A stretch of 31,242 nucleotides of DNA from an uncultured Flavobacteriales bacterium (GTDB lineage Bacteria; Bacteroidota; Bacteroidia; Flavobacteriales_D; Crocinitomicaceae). Below, piece after piece: positions 17,686 to 27,182 of the stretch. The first letter of the stretch is position 1. Each line of letters begins with the position of its first letter. Position numbers and translations under genes: made by a program. The stretch spans positions 1 to 31,242 of the forward strand of contig CAJWCX010000001.1 of the NCBI GenBank assembly GCA_913031405.1, written 5' to 3'. The notes below the pieces were generated by a model. That model searched no databases and was not told where the DNA came from. It saw nothing but the letters and a program-made list of their open reading frames with translations.

Positions 17686-18432
17686 TCAATCATGACCAAC
17701 AACACCTAAAACAAAAATAGTGATTCTTATAGAACGATTGATCTCTAAAATCGTTTTGCATAACTCTTTAATGGTTGCTCCAGATGTAATTACGTCATCT
17801 ACAATTCCAATAGAATTTACGTTGCTAAACTTAGGGGAAGCCAAAAAAGAATTCTTGACATTTTGGGCCCTTTCATTTTTATTTAACCTCGTTTGGCTTG
17901 AGGCGTTTATAATTTTAAAGGTAAAATCAGCAGAAAACGGTATGTTCAATTGTTTAGACAAACCTTTTGCAATTGCTTCAGACTGATTGTATCCTCTATC
18001 ATATTTCTTTCTGTGATGGGATGGAACTGAAATAAGCAAATCTATAGAACCCTCTTGAATTTTATTTTTGAGTTTTTGACCAAGCCGCTTTCCTAAAAAA
18101 AACCCTGTATATTTCGAGTCCTGATATTTCAAATGATGAATCAAGACCTGCTCAACCCCTTCTTTGGTGAAAAAAAACAAACTGTACGCATCCCAAACAC
18201 AGGGTAAATTAACGAGCTGTATAATTTGACTATGAACCTCTTTATCCATATGCGACGTCCATTTTATTCTAGATGCACAACCGAAACAAAGAAGCTTGAA
18301 CTTATCACTTATTTCTAGTCCACAACTTACACACTGGATAGGAAAAACAAGAGTGAACGCAGACAACAGAAATTCCTTAAGTACCTTTCGACTATTCCAA
18401 GTTCTTTTGTTCGGGAAACCACTTCTTTTCAT
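17686..18432 (-). CDS. comF: ComF family protein (Zn-ribbon plus phosphoribosyltransferase domain)
   Basis: CVSC...CFGC, HHLKY, RGYNQS, RAQNVKNSF, IVDDVITSGATI. Confidence 0.88.
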   Translation of the reverse strand: MKRSGFPNKRTWNSRKVLKEFLLSAFTLVFPIQCVSCGLEISDKFKLLCFGCASRIKWTSHMDKEVHSQIIQLVNLPCVWDAYSLFFFTKEGVEQVLIHHLKYQDSKYTGFFLGKRLGQKLKNKIQEGSIDLLISVPSHHRKKYDRGYNQSEAIAKGLSKQLNIPFSADFTFKIINASSQTRLNKNERAQNVKNSFLASPKFSNVNSIGIVDDVITSGATIKELCKTILEINRSIRITIFVLGVVGHD

Positions 18433-18690
18433 GTCCGTGCTTTAAAAAATCCAACATCCCAAAAAAAATATTAATGATGATTTTTCAATTTTTGACTGAT
18501 TAATATTCAAAAAATATCAATACGAATCGGGAAAAGAATAGATTAAAGTTTTACATCATCAAGATAAAACGATGTGGATATCTTTCAATTACATGTTAAT
18601 AATCGCTGAAATGACTATGTATGAATGACTTGCAAAATGACCTGTTAATAACCCAATTGCATTGTTCATTTCTTTAGTTTGAAAAGGGTA

Positions 18691-18698
18691 TATTTTTG
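18691..18698 (+). promoter_or_regulatory. Bacteroidota -7 element (TATTTTTG) upstream of nrdA
   Basis: Exact TAnnTTTG match about 160 nt before ATG 18859; AT-rich context lowers specificity. Confidence 0.35.
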
Positions 18699-18858
18699 AC
18701 AACTTTTGTATTGCCTCGGTAAACGAAGACAGCAATGAAGTTTGACAATAACTTTTGCCCGAAAATCTGAGGAAGCAAGACTCACCTAGAGAACATTATT
18801 ATCAGGAACACCAATCACCTTTCCCTGAATAATTTGTTTGACTAACAAAAAAATTGAG

Positions 18859-21165
18859 ATGTACGTAGTTAAGAGAGATGGAAGAAAAGAACCAGTGAAA
18901 TTTGATAAAATCACTGCAAGAATAGTAAAAATGTGTTATGGCTTAGACCCTCTGGTTTCTCCCGAAACTGTTGCGATGAAGGTTATTGAGGGTATCTATG
19001 ACGGTGTAACCACATCTGGTCTAGATAACCTTGCCGCCGAAGTAGCTGCGGCAAAAACAATTGATCATCCAGATTACGCATTATTGGCCTCACGAATTAT
19101 CATTTCCAATTTGCATAAAGAAACAAAAAAAACGTTTTCCGATGTGATGCAGGATCTATACAACTATATAGACCCTAAAACAGGAGAAAACGCATCTCTT
19201 TTGTCTGAAGATGTTTACAATATCATCATGCAAAATAAGGAGGTTTTTGATTCAAGCATCATGTATGATCGTGACTTCCGATATGATTACTTCGGTTTTA
19301 AAGCTCTTACGCAATCCTATTTGATGAAGTTAGAAGGAAAAATAGCTGAAAGGCCTCAACAAATGTTAATGCGTGTATCCATAGGAATACATAAAAACAA
19401 CGTAGACGAGGCGATAAAGACCTACAACTTAATGTCTGAAGGATGGTTTACTCATGCAACGCCCACATTATTTAACTCTGGAACACCTCGGCCTCAAATG
19501 TCATCTTGCTATGCTTTAACAACGAAAGAAGATAGTGTCGCTGGTATTTATGACACACTTAAGTCTTGTGCTCAAATCTCTCAATCGGCGGGTGGTATTG
19601 GACTTGCAATACACGACATTCGCGCAACGGGTTCATATATTAAAGGCGCTAATCGCTTTTCTGATGGGATCGTGCCTATGCTGAGGGTCTTTAATGACAC
19701 GGCGCGTTATATCGATCAGGGCGCGGGAAAAAGAAAGGGTTCTTTTACTATTTATTTGGAGCCTTGGCATGCGGATGTTTTTGATTTTTTAGATCTAAAA
19801 AAGAATCATGGTAAGGAAGAACTTAGGGCTCGTGACTTATTTTTCGGACTGTGGATTCCTGATTTATTTATGAGGCGGGTAAAAGAAAATGGTGATTGGA
19901 CTCTGATGTGTCCACACGAATGTCCTGGCCTATCAGAAAAACACAGTGGGGAATTTGAAAAGCTTTACATAAATTATGAAAAATCAGGAAAAGGTAGAAA
20001 AACTATAAAAGCTCAAGATCTTTGGTTTAAGATCCTTGAATCTCAAATTGAAACAGGGGCACCATACATGTTGTATAAGGATGCCGCTAATCAAAAGTCG
20101 AACCAGCAAAACCTTGGAGTTATCAAGTCATCGAACTTGTGTGCCGAGATGATTGAATATTCGGCTCCAGACGAGGTCGCCGCGTGTAATTTGGCTTCAT
20201 TAGCTCTTCCAAAATACATTAACGGTGACAAGACCTTTAACCACGAGAAACTCTTTGAGGTCACCTATCAAGTCACATTAAACTTGAACAAAATTATTGA
20301 TGAAAACTATTATCCTATTGAAGAGGCCAAGAGCTCAAGCTTAAAACACCGCCCCATTGGCATTGGGGTGCAGGGGCTTGCTGATGCCTTTATTCTTATG
20401 GGTCTTCCTTTTGATTCGGAGGAAGCAAGGGCATTAAATAAAGAAATTTTTGAAACCATGTACTTTGCCTCCATGACGGCTTCAAAAGACCTTGCAAAAG
20501 AAAATGGGCATTATGACTCTTATCCGGGATCCCCCGTCTCTAAGGGCTTTTTTCAATTCGACATGTGGAGCATAACACCCACGAACCGATGGGAGTGGAA
20601 CCTTTTAAAAGAAGAAGTTCAAAAATATGGGATTCGAAACTCACTGCTTTTGGCCACAATGCCAACAACTTCGACAGCCCAAATTCTGGGAAATAACGAG
20701 TGTTTTGAACCATATACTTCAAACATTTATACCCGCCGGGTGCTTTCTGGTGAATTTGTTGTTGTCAATAAACACCTCCTAAAGGACCTCGTAAAAGAGA
20801 ATCTTTGGGACGCGAAGATGCGACAAAAAATAATGGCCGATAACGGCTCCGTACAAAAAATAGAAGGGATTCCAGAGCGTATTAAAAACCTATATAAAAC
20901 CGCTTGGGAAATCTCACAAAAATCCATCATAGAGATGGCTGCAGAACGTGGAGCTTATATTTGTCAAAGCCAGTCTTTAAATGTCTTTATGGAAAATGCA
21001 ACTTTTGGAAAGCTAACCTCTATGCACTTCTATGGATGGGAAATGGGGTTGAAAACAGGAATGTACAATTTAAGGACAAAGGTGGCAACGGATGAAATTA
21101 AGTTCACAATAGACAAAGATGTTCTATCAATAAACGCAGCCAAGTCAAAAGAGGAGAATGCCTAA
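18859..21165 (+). CDS. nrdA: Class I ribonucleoside-diphosphate reductase alpha subunit with ATP-cone; degenerate and possibly inactive
   Basis: Start placed at ATG 18859 ([11 protein letters not shown]-cone; track uses TTG 18838). Motifs [36 protein letters not shown]. Radical-transfer motif reads GMYNLRT and the C-terminal CxxC is absent. Confidence 0.95.
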   Translation: MYVVKRDGRKEPVKFDKITARIVKMCYGLDPLVSPETVAMKVIEGIYDGVTTSGLDNLAAEVAAAKTIDHPDYALLASRIIISNLHKETKKTFSDVMQDLYNYIDPKTGENASLLSEDVYNIIMQNKEVFDSSIMYDRDFRYDYFGFKALTQSYLMKLEGKIAERPQQMLMRVSIGIHKNNVDEAIKTYNLMSEGWFTHATPTLFNSGTPRPQMSSCYALTTKEDSVAGIYDTLKSCAQISQSAGGIGLAIHDIRATGSYIKGANRFSDGIVPMLRVFNDTARYIDQGAGKRKGSFTIYLEPWHADVFDFLDLKKNHGKEELRARDLFFGLWIPDLFMRRVKENGDWTLMCPHECPGLSEKHSGEFEKLYINYEKSGKGRKTIKAQDLWFKILESQIETGAPYMLYKDAANQKSNQQNLGVIKSSNLCAEMIEYSAPDEVAACNLASLALPKYINGDKTFNHEKLFEVTYQVTLNLNKIIDENYYPIEEAKSSSLKHRPIGIGVQGLADAFILMGLPFDSEEARALNKEIFETMYFASMTASKDLAKENGHYDSYPGSPVSKGFFQFDMWSITPTNRWEWNLLKEEVQKYGIRNSLLLATMPTTSTAQILGNNECFEPYTSNIYTRRVLSGEFVVVNKHLLKDLVKENLWDAKMRQKIMADNGSVQKIEGIPERIKNLYKTAWEISQKSIIEMAAERGAYICQSQSLNVFMENATFGKLTSMHFYGWEMGLKTGMYNLRTKVATDEIKFTIDKDVLSINAAKSKEENA

Positions 21166-21301
21166 AAAATAGACAAGGACAATGATTGTAAAATGTATGT
21201 ATAATAATCTTAAATTGTATTAATTTTACCCCTCTGTAAAATGTTTGTGAAAACAACCCTTTATACGTCATTAAAAAGACAGACCCTATTATTTTAATTC
21301 T

Positions 21302-22822
21302 ATGAAACATATAAAATCTGCACTTATATCAGTCTACTACAAAACAGGCTTGGAGGATATTGTTAAGGAGCTTCACAAAAACAATGTCGAAATATATTCC
21401 ACTGGAGGAACTCAGTCCTTTATTGAGGAGCTCGGAATTCCTGTTATTGCTGTAGAAGATCTCACAGAGTATCCCTCGATTCTTGGAGGCCGAGTCAAAA
21501 CACTTCACCCTAAGGTTTTCGGGGGCATTTTAAATCGGCGATCCCTCTCTGAAGATCAAAAAACAATCAAAGACTTTTCTATACCTCAAATCGATTTAGT
21601 TATTGTAGACCTTTACCCGTTTGAAGAAGTCTGTGCATCTGGAGGAAGTCACGAAGAAATTATTGAGAAAATAGATATCGGTGGTATTTCTTTAATTAGA
21701 GCTGCTGCAAAAAACTTTAATGACGTCATTGTTCTTTCATCCATTAGTCAGTATGCCGGTTTTGTTGATTTATTAAAAATCCAAGGCGCCAAGACATCGG
21801 AAGAGCAAAGAAAAAATTATGCCGGAGAAGCCTTTCAGGTTTCGTCTCACTATGACACCGCTATTCATGATTATTTTGCTCCCGAAAAAACTGATGTTCT
21901 TAAGATAAGTAGCACTGATGTTCGGTCGCTCAGGTACGGCGAAAACCCGCACCAAAAAGGTTTCTTTTATGGGGATTTCAGGGCCATGTTTAGTCAACTA
22001 CATGGAAAAGAGTTATCTTACAATAACCTTCTTGATATTGATGCGGCCATGAATTTGATTCTCGAATTTCAGGACGATTTGCCAACATTTGGTATATTAA
22101 AGCACAACAATGCCTGCGGTTTTAGTACAAGAGATACAATAAAAGAGGCATATGAAGCTGCTCTTGCAGGAGACCCCGTCAGCGCATTTGGAGGTGTTCT
22201 TGTTTCCAATAGACCTATAGATAGCTCCACTGCCAATTTAATCAATGATTTGTTCTTTGAGGTTGTTATTGCTACGGATTATGACTCCGACGGGCTGACT
22301 GTTTTGAAGTCTAAGAAAAATAGAATTATTTTAGTTTCTAAATCCCTAAAGCGATCAAAAAAGCTAGTTCGTACCGCATTAAACGGGTTTCTCGTTCAGG
22401 ATCGAGATGAACAAATAGAAACTGAAGAAAACCTCGAATGTGTAACAAAAGAGTCTACAAGCGCTAATGACATTTCAGACTTGTTGTTTGCCAATAAAAT
22501 ATGTAAGCACACCAAGTCAAACACCATTGTTTTGGCCAAAAACAACCAACTACTTGCGAGTGGTACAGGTCAAACTTCGAGGGTTGATGCGCTCCGACAG
22601 GCGATTCATAAGGCTAAATCATTTGATTTTGATTTGAATGGAGCGGTAATGGCAAGTGATGCCTTTTTCCCTTTTCCTGATTGTGTCGAGATTGCAAATA
22701 ACGAGGGTATAAAAGCCGTCATTCAGCCCGGCGGATCGATTAAAGACAATTTGTCTATTGACTATTGTGACGCGAATAAAATGAAAATGGTTTTTACTGG
22801 GATTCGTCATTTCAAACATTAA
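21302..22822 (+). CDS. purH: Bifunctional AICAR transformylase / IMP cyclohydrolase
   Basis: ALISVYYKTG, STGGT, GRVKTLHP, IDIGGISLIRAAAKN, LRYGENPHQ, SDAFFPF, QPGGSIKD, RHFKH. Confidence 0.99.
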   Translation: MKHIKSALISVYYKTGLEDIVKELHKNNVEIYSTGGTQSFIEELGIPVIAVEDLTEYPSILGGRVKTLHPKVFGGILNRRSLSEDQKTIKDFSIPQIDLVIVDLYPFEEVCASGGSHEEIIEKIDIGGISLIRAAAKNFNDVIVLSSISQYAGFVDLLKIQGAKTSEEQRKNYAGEAFQVSSHYDTAIHDYFAPEKTDVLKISSTDVRSLRYGENPHQKGFFYGDFRAMFSQLHGKELSYNNLLDIDAAMNLILEFQDDLPTFGILKHNNACGFSTRDTIKEAYEAALAGDPVSAFGGVLVSNRPIDSSTANLINDLFFEVVIATDYDSDGLTVLKSKKNRIILVSKSLKRSKKLVRTALNGFLVQDRDEQIETEENLECVTKESTSANDISDLLFANKICKHTKSNTIVLAKNNQLLASGTGQTSRVDALRQAIHKAKSFDFDLNGAVMASDAFFPFPDCVEIANNEGIKAVIQPGGSIKDNLSIDYCDANKMKMVFTGIRHFKH

Positions 22823-22828
22823 CTTTAT

Positions 22829-22836
22829 TATATTTG
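22829..22836 (+). promoter_or_regulatory. Bacteroidota -7 element (TATATTTG) upstream of mreB
   Basis: Exact TAnnTTTG match in the purH-mreB gap. Confidence 0.45.
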
Positions 22837-22887
22837 AACGTTGTTCATTTATAGGTAAGTATAACATCACTTCAATACAATTTTAAA

Positions 22888-23913
22888 ATGGGGATTTTTA
22901 GTTTTTTGACGCAAGAAATAGCAATCGATCTTGGTACGGCCAACACCCTCATTATTTGGAACGATAAAGTTGTTGTTGATGAACCTTCCATTGTTGCCAA
23001 AGACATCCAATCACAAAAAATTGTTGCAATTGGTAAGAAAGCACAGCAAATGCATGGGAAAACGCACAAATTAATCGAAACAATTCGGCCTCTTAAAGAC
23101 GGGGTAATTGCGGACTTTCAGAGCGCGGAGCAAATGATTCGAGGAATGATCAAAATGATCAATTCTGGTAAAAGCATATTTAACCCGACATTGAGGATGG
23201 TTATTTGCATCCCATCTGGAATTACGGAGGTTGAAAAAAGAGCCGTTCGAGATTCAGCAGAACACGCCGGGGCGAAGGAAGTATATTTGATTCACGAGCC
23301 AATGGCTGCTGCTATTGGAATTGGAATCGACGTGGAAGAACCAATGGGAAATATGATCATTGACATTGGTGGAGGAACTTCAGAAATTGCGGTCATTGCA
23401 CTTGGTGGAATCGTTTGTGACAAGTCTATTAGAGTTGCTGGAGATGACTTCACTAGTGACATTGAAGACTATATGAGGAGGCAGCATAATATTTTAGTTG
23501 GTGAAAGAACCGCAGAGCAGATCAAGATCGAGGTTGGGGCAGCCCTTCCTGATCTTGAAAGCCCTCCAGATGATTTTGCCGTGAGGGGAAGAGACTTAAT
23601 GACGGGTACCCCTAAAGAAATAATGGTCTCGTATACAGAAGTTGCTCATGCACTTGATAAAACCATTCAGAAAATTGAAGCGGCGATATTAAGCGCTCTT
23701 GAGATGACGCCTCCTGAGCTTTCAGCAGATATATACAGGACTGGCATTTATTTAGCTGGTGGGGGGTCCATGTTAAGGGGACTTGACGATAGGATATCGT
23801 CTAAAACCAAACTCCCAGTTCACATTGCAGAAGACCCTTTAAGAGCGGTTGCCAGGGGGACAAGCATTGCTCTAAAAAACATTGACAAGTATCAATTTCT
23901 TATCAAGGATTAA
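22888..23913 (+). CDS. mreB: Rod shape-determining protein MreB
   Basis: IDLGTANT, RPLKDGVIADF, EPMAAAIG, DIGGGTSE, LAGGGSML. Confidence 0.99.
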   Translation: MGIFSFLTQEIAIDLGTANTLIIWNDKVVVDEPSIVAKDIQSQKIVAIGKKAQQMHGKTHKLIETIRPLKDGVIADFQSAEQMIRGMIKMINSGKSIFNPTLRMVICIPSGITEVEKRAVRDSAEHAGAKEVYLIHEPMAAAIGIGIDVEEPMGNMIIDIGGGTSEIAVIALGGIVCDKSIRVAGDDFTSDIEDYMRRQHNILVGERTAEQIKIEVGAALPDLESPPDDFAVRGRDLMTGTPKEIMVSYTEVAHALDKTIQKIEAAILSALEMTPPELSADIYRTGIYLAGGGSMLRGLDDRISSKTKLPVHIAEDPLRAVARGTSIALKNIDKYQFLIKD

Positions 23914-23972
23914 TTCCTTATTATTTTCTTAATTGTTCAATTCATTTCACGGCTTGTTTCTTATCTTTGAAA

Positions 23973-24803
23973 ATGCAGAATTTGATTGCTTTTATTCAAA
24001 AACTTAGGGTCTTCTTTGTTTTTATGGTTCTTCAAGTTATTACATTTTGGTTATATGTTTCATATATGTCGGTTCCAAAAAGTAATTTTTTCACCACGGC
24101 ATCTTACATTTCTGGTGTACTTTTTGAGGTCGAGCACACCATAACTAAACACTTCAACCTAGAAGAAAACAATTTAAACCTTCAAAAAGAAAACATTCTT
24201 CTTCGAAAAAAAGTCCCTTCCTTTTTGTATAACGATAGCCCTGACTCCTTGTTCCAAAAAGACCTTTCGTATCGGCAACAATTCAGCTATATACCATCAA
24301 CAATCATTAACTCCACGACTACTAAAAGAAATAATTTTTTTACCATCAATGTTGGTCAAAATCATAAAATATCGAGAGGGATGGGTGTCTTTTCGAGTAA
24401 CGGAGTTGTTGGAATTATTCACAGTTCGAGTAATCACTTTAGTTTGGTAAAAAGTGTCTTAACATCAGACATCAATATTGATGTCATGATAAAAGATGTT
24501 GGTGCTTTCGGGCTGTTGAAATGGGATGGGAAAGACCCTCGTTTTGCGACGATTTATGGGATAACAAATGACATTAGCGTTCCTATTGGTTCAAGTGTAA
24601 TAACCCGTGGTGGTGGTGGAATCTTTCCGAAGGGTATTTCTGTTGGGAGGGTTAAGTCTGTTAAATCCATCGAGGGAAAACCCGTCTGGCGCATTCAAAT
24701 TGAGCTGTCAGAAAAATATGGGTCTCTTGAAAATGTTTATGTGTTAAGAAATGTATTTATTGAAGAGTTTTCTTCTCTTCAAAACGAAATTCAATCACAA
24801 TAA
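23973..24803 (+). CDS. mreC: Rod shape-determining protein MreC
   Basis: N-terminal TM, short coiled coil (LQKENILL), NFFTINVG, GMGV...GVVG, FPKGISVG; position after mreB; ATG 23973 preferred. Confidence 0.92.
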   Translation: MQNLIAFIQKLRVFFVFMVLQVITFWLYVSYMSVPKSNFFTTASYISGVLFEVEHTITKHFNLEENNLNLQKENILLRKKVPSFLYNDSPDSLFQKDLSYRQQFSYIPSTIINSTTTKRNNFFTINVGQNHKISRGMGVFSSNGVVGIIHSSSNHFSLVKSVLTSDINIDVMIKDVGAFGLLKWDGKDPRFATIYGITNDISVPIGSSVITRGGGGIFPKGISVGRVKSVKSIEGKPVWRIQIELSEKYGSLENVYVLRNVFIEEFSSLQNEIQSQ

Positions 24804-24804
24804 G

Positions 24805-25314
24805 ATGAGATTATTTTACGGTGTCATTTTGCGGTTTTTTCTGTTTGTTTTTCTTCAAGCGTTTATTTTCAATCAGCTCGAAATTAGTCCATATGTACAT
24901 GTGATGATCTCTCCTCTTTATATCATGTTGCTTCCTTTTGATACGCCCGTAATTCGTTTGTTATTGGCTTCATTTATTTTAGGGCTTTGCATTGACTCTT
25001 TGTCAAATACCTTTGGTCTTCACGCCTCGTCACTGGTTATTTTTGCTTATCTAAGACCCCTTGTTTTTAGATGGTTTTCGCCTCGAGAAGGCTATGACTT
25101 TATCAAAACTCCGTCTATATTTGACATGGGAAATTACTGGTTCCTTATGGTTTTTGGGATCCTCTTGCTTTTACATCACCTGTGGTTCTTTACCATGGAA
25201 AGCTTTTCTTTTGATGAGCTTTTGTTAATTCTTCTAAAAACATTGCCAAGCTCAATGCTGTCTTTTATTGTATGCATTATATTACAAACGTTATTCTTAA
25301 AAAGATCAAAATAA
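24805..25314 (+). CDS. mreD: Rod shape-determining protein MreD
   Basis: Highly hydrophobic; LYIMLLP...GLCIDSLSNTFGLHA pattern; position between mreC and mrdA; ATG 24805 preferred over 24751. Confidence 0.9.
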   Translation: MRLFYGVILRFFLFVFLQAFIFNQLEISPYVHVMISPLYIMLLPFDTPVIRLLLASFILGLCIDSLSNTFGLHASSLVIFAYLRPLVFRWFSPREGYDFIKTPSIFDMGNYWFLMVFGILLLLHHLWFFTMESFSFDELLLILLKTLPSSMLSFIVCIILQTLFLKRSK

Positions 25315-25315
25315 T

Positions 25316-27181
25316 TTGAACGTAGAAAATAGAAGATATGTTATTATTACCTTCATTCTGTTTGTTGGGCTTATGTATTTTTTTCGTTTATTCTACATGC
25401 AGGTTTTAGACGACACATGGAGTAATAGAGCACATCAAATCAGCGAAAAAAGAAGGGAAATCACTCCTCCTAGGGCTATAATATACGATCGAAACGGCGT
25501 AAAAATTGTCGGAAACAAAACGTACTTCAATCTCATGGTTGTTGAAGAGAAAATGGGAGGGGATTTTGATACTTCCGCGTTTTCAGATTTAATTGGATGG
25601 TCGGTGGAAGAGGTGCACAATCGATTCGAAGAAATTGTAAAGGGTGAGGGGAAATACTACAATAAATATTCAGGGAAAAAAGAAGCAAACTACCAAAAGA
25701 ATCGATCATACCCCTTTTTAAAAGAACTTACAAAAGAAGAAATGGTTCGCATTGCTCCATATTTAGATGCTTTTCCTGGTTTTTACGAGGAAGAGACCAG
25801 CATGCGCACCTACCCATATCCAAACGGTGCAAATATATTAGGTTATTTATCCGAAGTCAACCGGCAGGAAATCGCTAAAGACCCTTTTTACAAACCAAGC
25901 TTCAATATTGGTCGTGCAGGCATAGAAAAGTTTTATGAAAAACAACTTCGTGGATCGAAGGGAGTTCACTATATCGTTCGGTCAGCAATGAATAACGAGG
26001 TTAAAAAATATGAGGGGGGCAGGTATGACACCATGGCATTACAAGCCAATCCAATATACCTAGGTCTTGATATTGAGCTACAGGCATACGGGGAAAGACT
26101 GATGAAAAATAAAAAGGGGTGTATTGTTGCTCTAGAGCCAAAATCAGGAGAGATTTTATCTATGGTTTCTGCACCGTCATATGACCCCAATATTCTTGTG
26201 GGTCGCAAAAATATAAGCACCCACTATCCTCGGCTCCTTAATGACCCGGACAAGCCCCTCTACCCTCGTCCTACGCAGGCAGAGTATGTTCCTGGCTCAA
26301 TTTTTAAACTAATTCAGTCCTTAATAGGCTTGCAGGAAAAAGTGATCACAAAAAACACAAGCTTTCCGTGTAACCAAAGCCTTGTTGGCTGTCACAATCA
26401 CGCCGCCCCCAATTCCATAGCAAAAGCAATAAAATTTTCTTGTAACCCTTATTATTACTATGCTGTTAAAAAAATCATTGAACAAAAAAAATTAGATAAC
26501 CGATACGAAGATGCAGAATCTGGTTTGAATCGCTGGAACGATTATATGCAAAGCTTTGGACTTGGTAAAAAGTTAAACAGTGATATATATGGATTAAAAC
26601 CAGGGCTGATTCCAAACTCGAGTTATTATGACAAGTGGTATGGTCAACATCGTTGGGCTTTCTCTACAATAAGATCTATAGCCATTGGACAAGGAGAGGT
26701 AAAATTGACTCCTTTGCACATGGCAAATCTTGCGGCAATCATAGCCAACAAAGGCTGGTATTATGACCCACACTTTTTAAGGTCTCCTTTAAGCGGATTT
26801 CCCCTGAAAATAACAAGAAACAAAACAATGGTAAACCCAGAATACTTTGACCCAGTAATAGATGGAATGTGGCGCGTTGTAAACGAAACTGGAGGTACTG
26901 GTGTTCGGGCTAAAATCAACGGGATTAATGTGTGTGGAAAAACAGGAACGGTAGAAAATTACAAGGGCGGAGTTAAACAAAAGAATCACTCCGTTTTTAT
27001 TGCTTTTGCTCCGATGGAGAACCCAAAAATAGCTATTGCAGTTTTTATTGAAAATGCTGGTTTTGGAGGGACCTGGGCTGCGCCTATAGCTGGCCTAATG
27101 ATGGAAAAATATTTAAATAAATCAATCTCCAATCCCGAAGAAGAGAAACGTGTTCTTGATGCAAAATTGAACAATAAATAA
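25316..27181 (+). CDS. mrdA: Penicillin-binding protein 2 (class B)
   Basis: N-terminal TM, PPRAIIYDRNG, RTYP, transpeptidase motifs GSIFK (SxxK), SCN (SxN), KTGT. Confidence 0.96.
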   Translation: MNVENRRYVIITFILFVGLMYFFRLFYMQVLDDTWSNRAHQISEKRREITPPRAIIYDRNGVKIVGNKTYFNLMVVEEKMGGDFDTSAFSDLIGWSVEEVHNRFEEIVKGEGKYYNKYSGKKEANYQKNRSYPFLKELTKEEMVRIAPYLDAFPGFYEEETSMRTYPYPNGANILGYLSEVNRQEIAKDPFYKPSFNIGRAGIEKFYEKQLRGSKGVHYIVRSAMNNEVKKYEGGRYDTMALQANPIYLGLDIELQAYGERLMKNKKGCIVALEPKSGEILSMVSAPSYDPNILVGRKNISTHYPRLLNDPDKPLYPRPTQAEYVPGSIFKLIQSLIGLQEKVITKNTSFPCNQSLVGCHNHAAPNSIAKAIKFSCNPYYYYAVKKIIEQKKLDNRYEDAESGLNRWNDYMQSFGLGKKLNSDIYGLKPGLIPNSSYYDKWYGQHRWAFSTIRSIAIGQGEVKLTPLHMANLAAIIANKGWYYDPHFLRSPLSGFPLKITRNKTMVNPEYFDPVIDGMWRVVNETGGTGVRAKINGINVCGKTGTVENYKGGVKQKNHSVFIAFAPMENPKIAIAVFIENAGFGGTWAAPIAGLMMEKYLNKSISNPEEEKRVLDAKLNNK

Positions 27182-27182
27182 A

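Noticed and set aside
18433-18858. Possible cobalamin riboswitch, NrdR box or nrdB remnant upstream of nrdA
   Set aside because: No B12-box or NrdR consensus recognised; the FDNNF-like peptide is too short and out of context to call an nrdB remnant
21208-21301. Possible ZTP riboswitch or terminator upstream of purH (ATTTTAC-CCCTCT-GTAAAAT hairpin)
   Set aside because: No ZTP-riboswitch conserved elements; the 7-bp AT-rich stem is too weak to call
23962-23969. TATCTTTG immediately before the mreC ATG
   Set aside because: Too close to the start codon (3 nt) and no properly spaced -33 element; cannot be distinguished from chance
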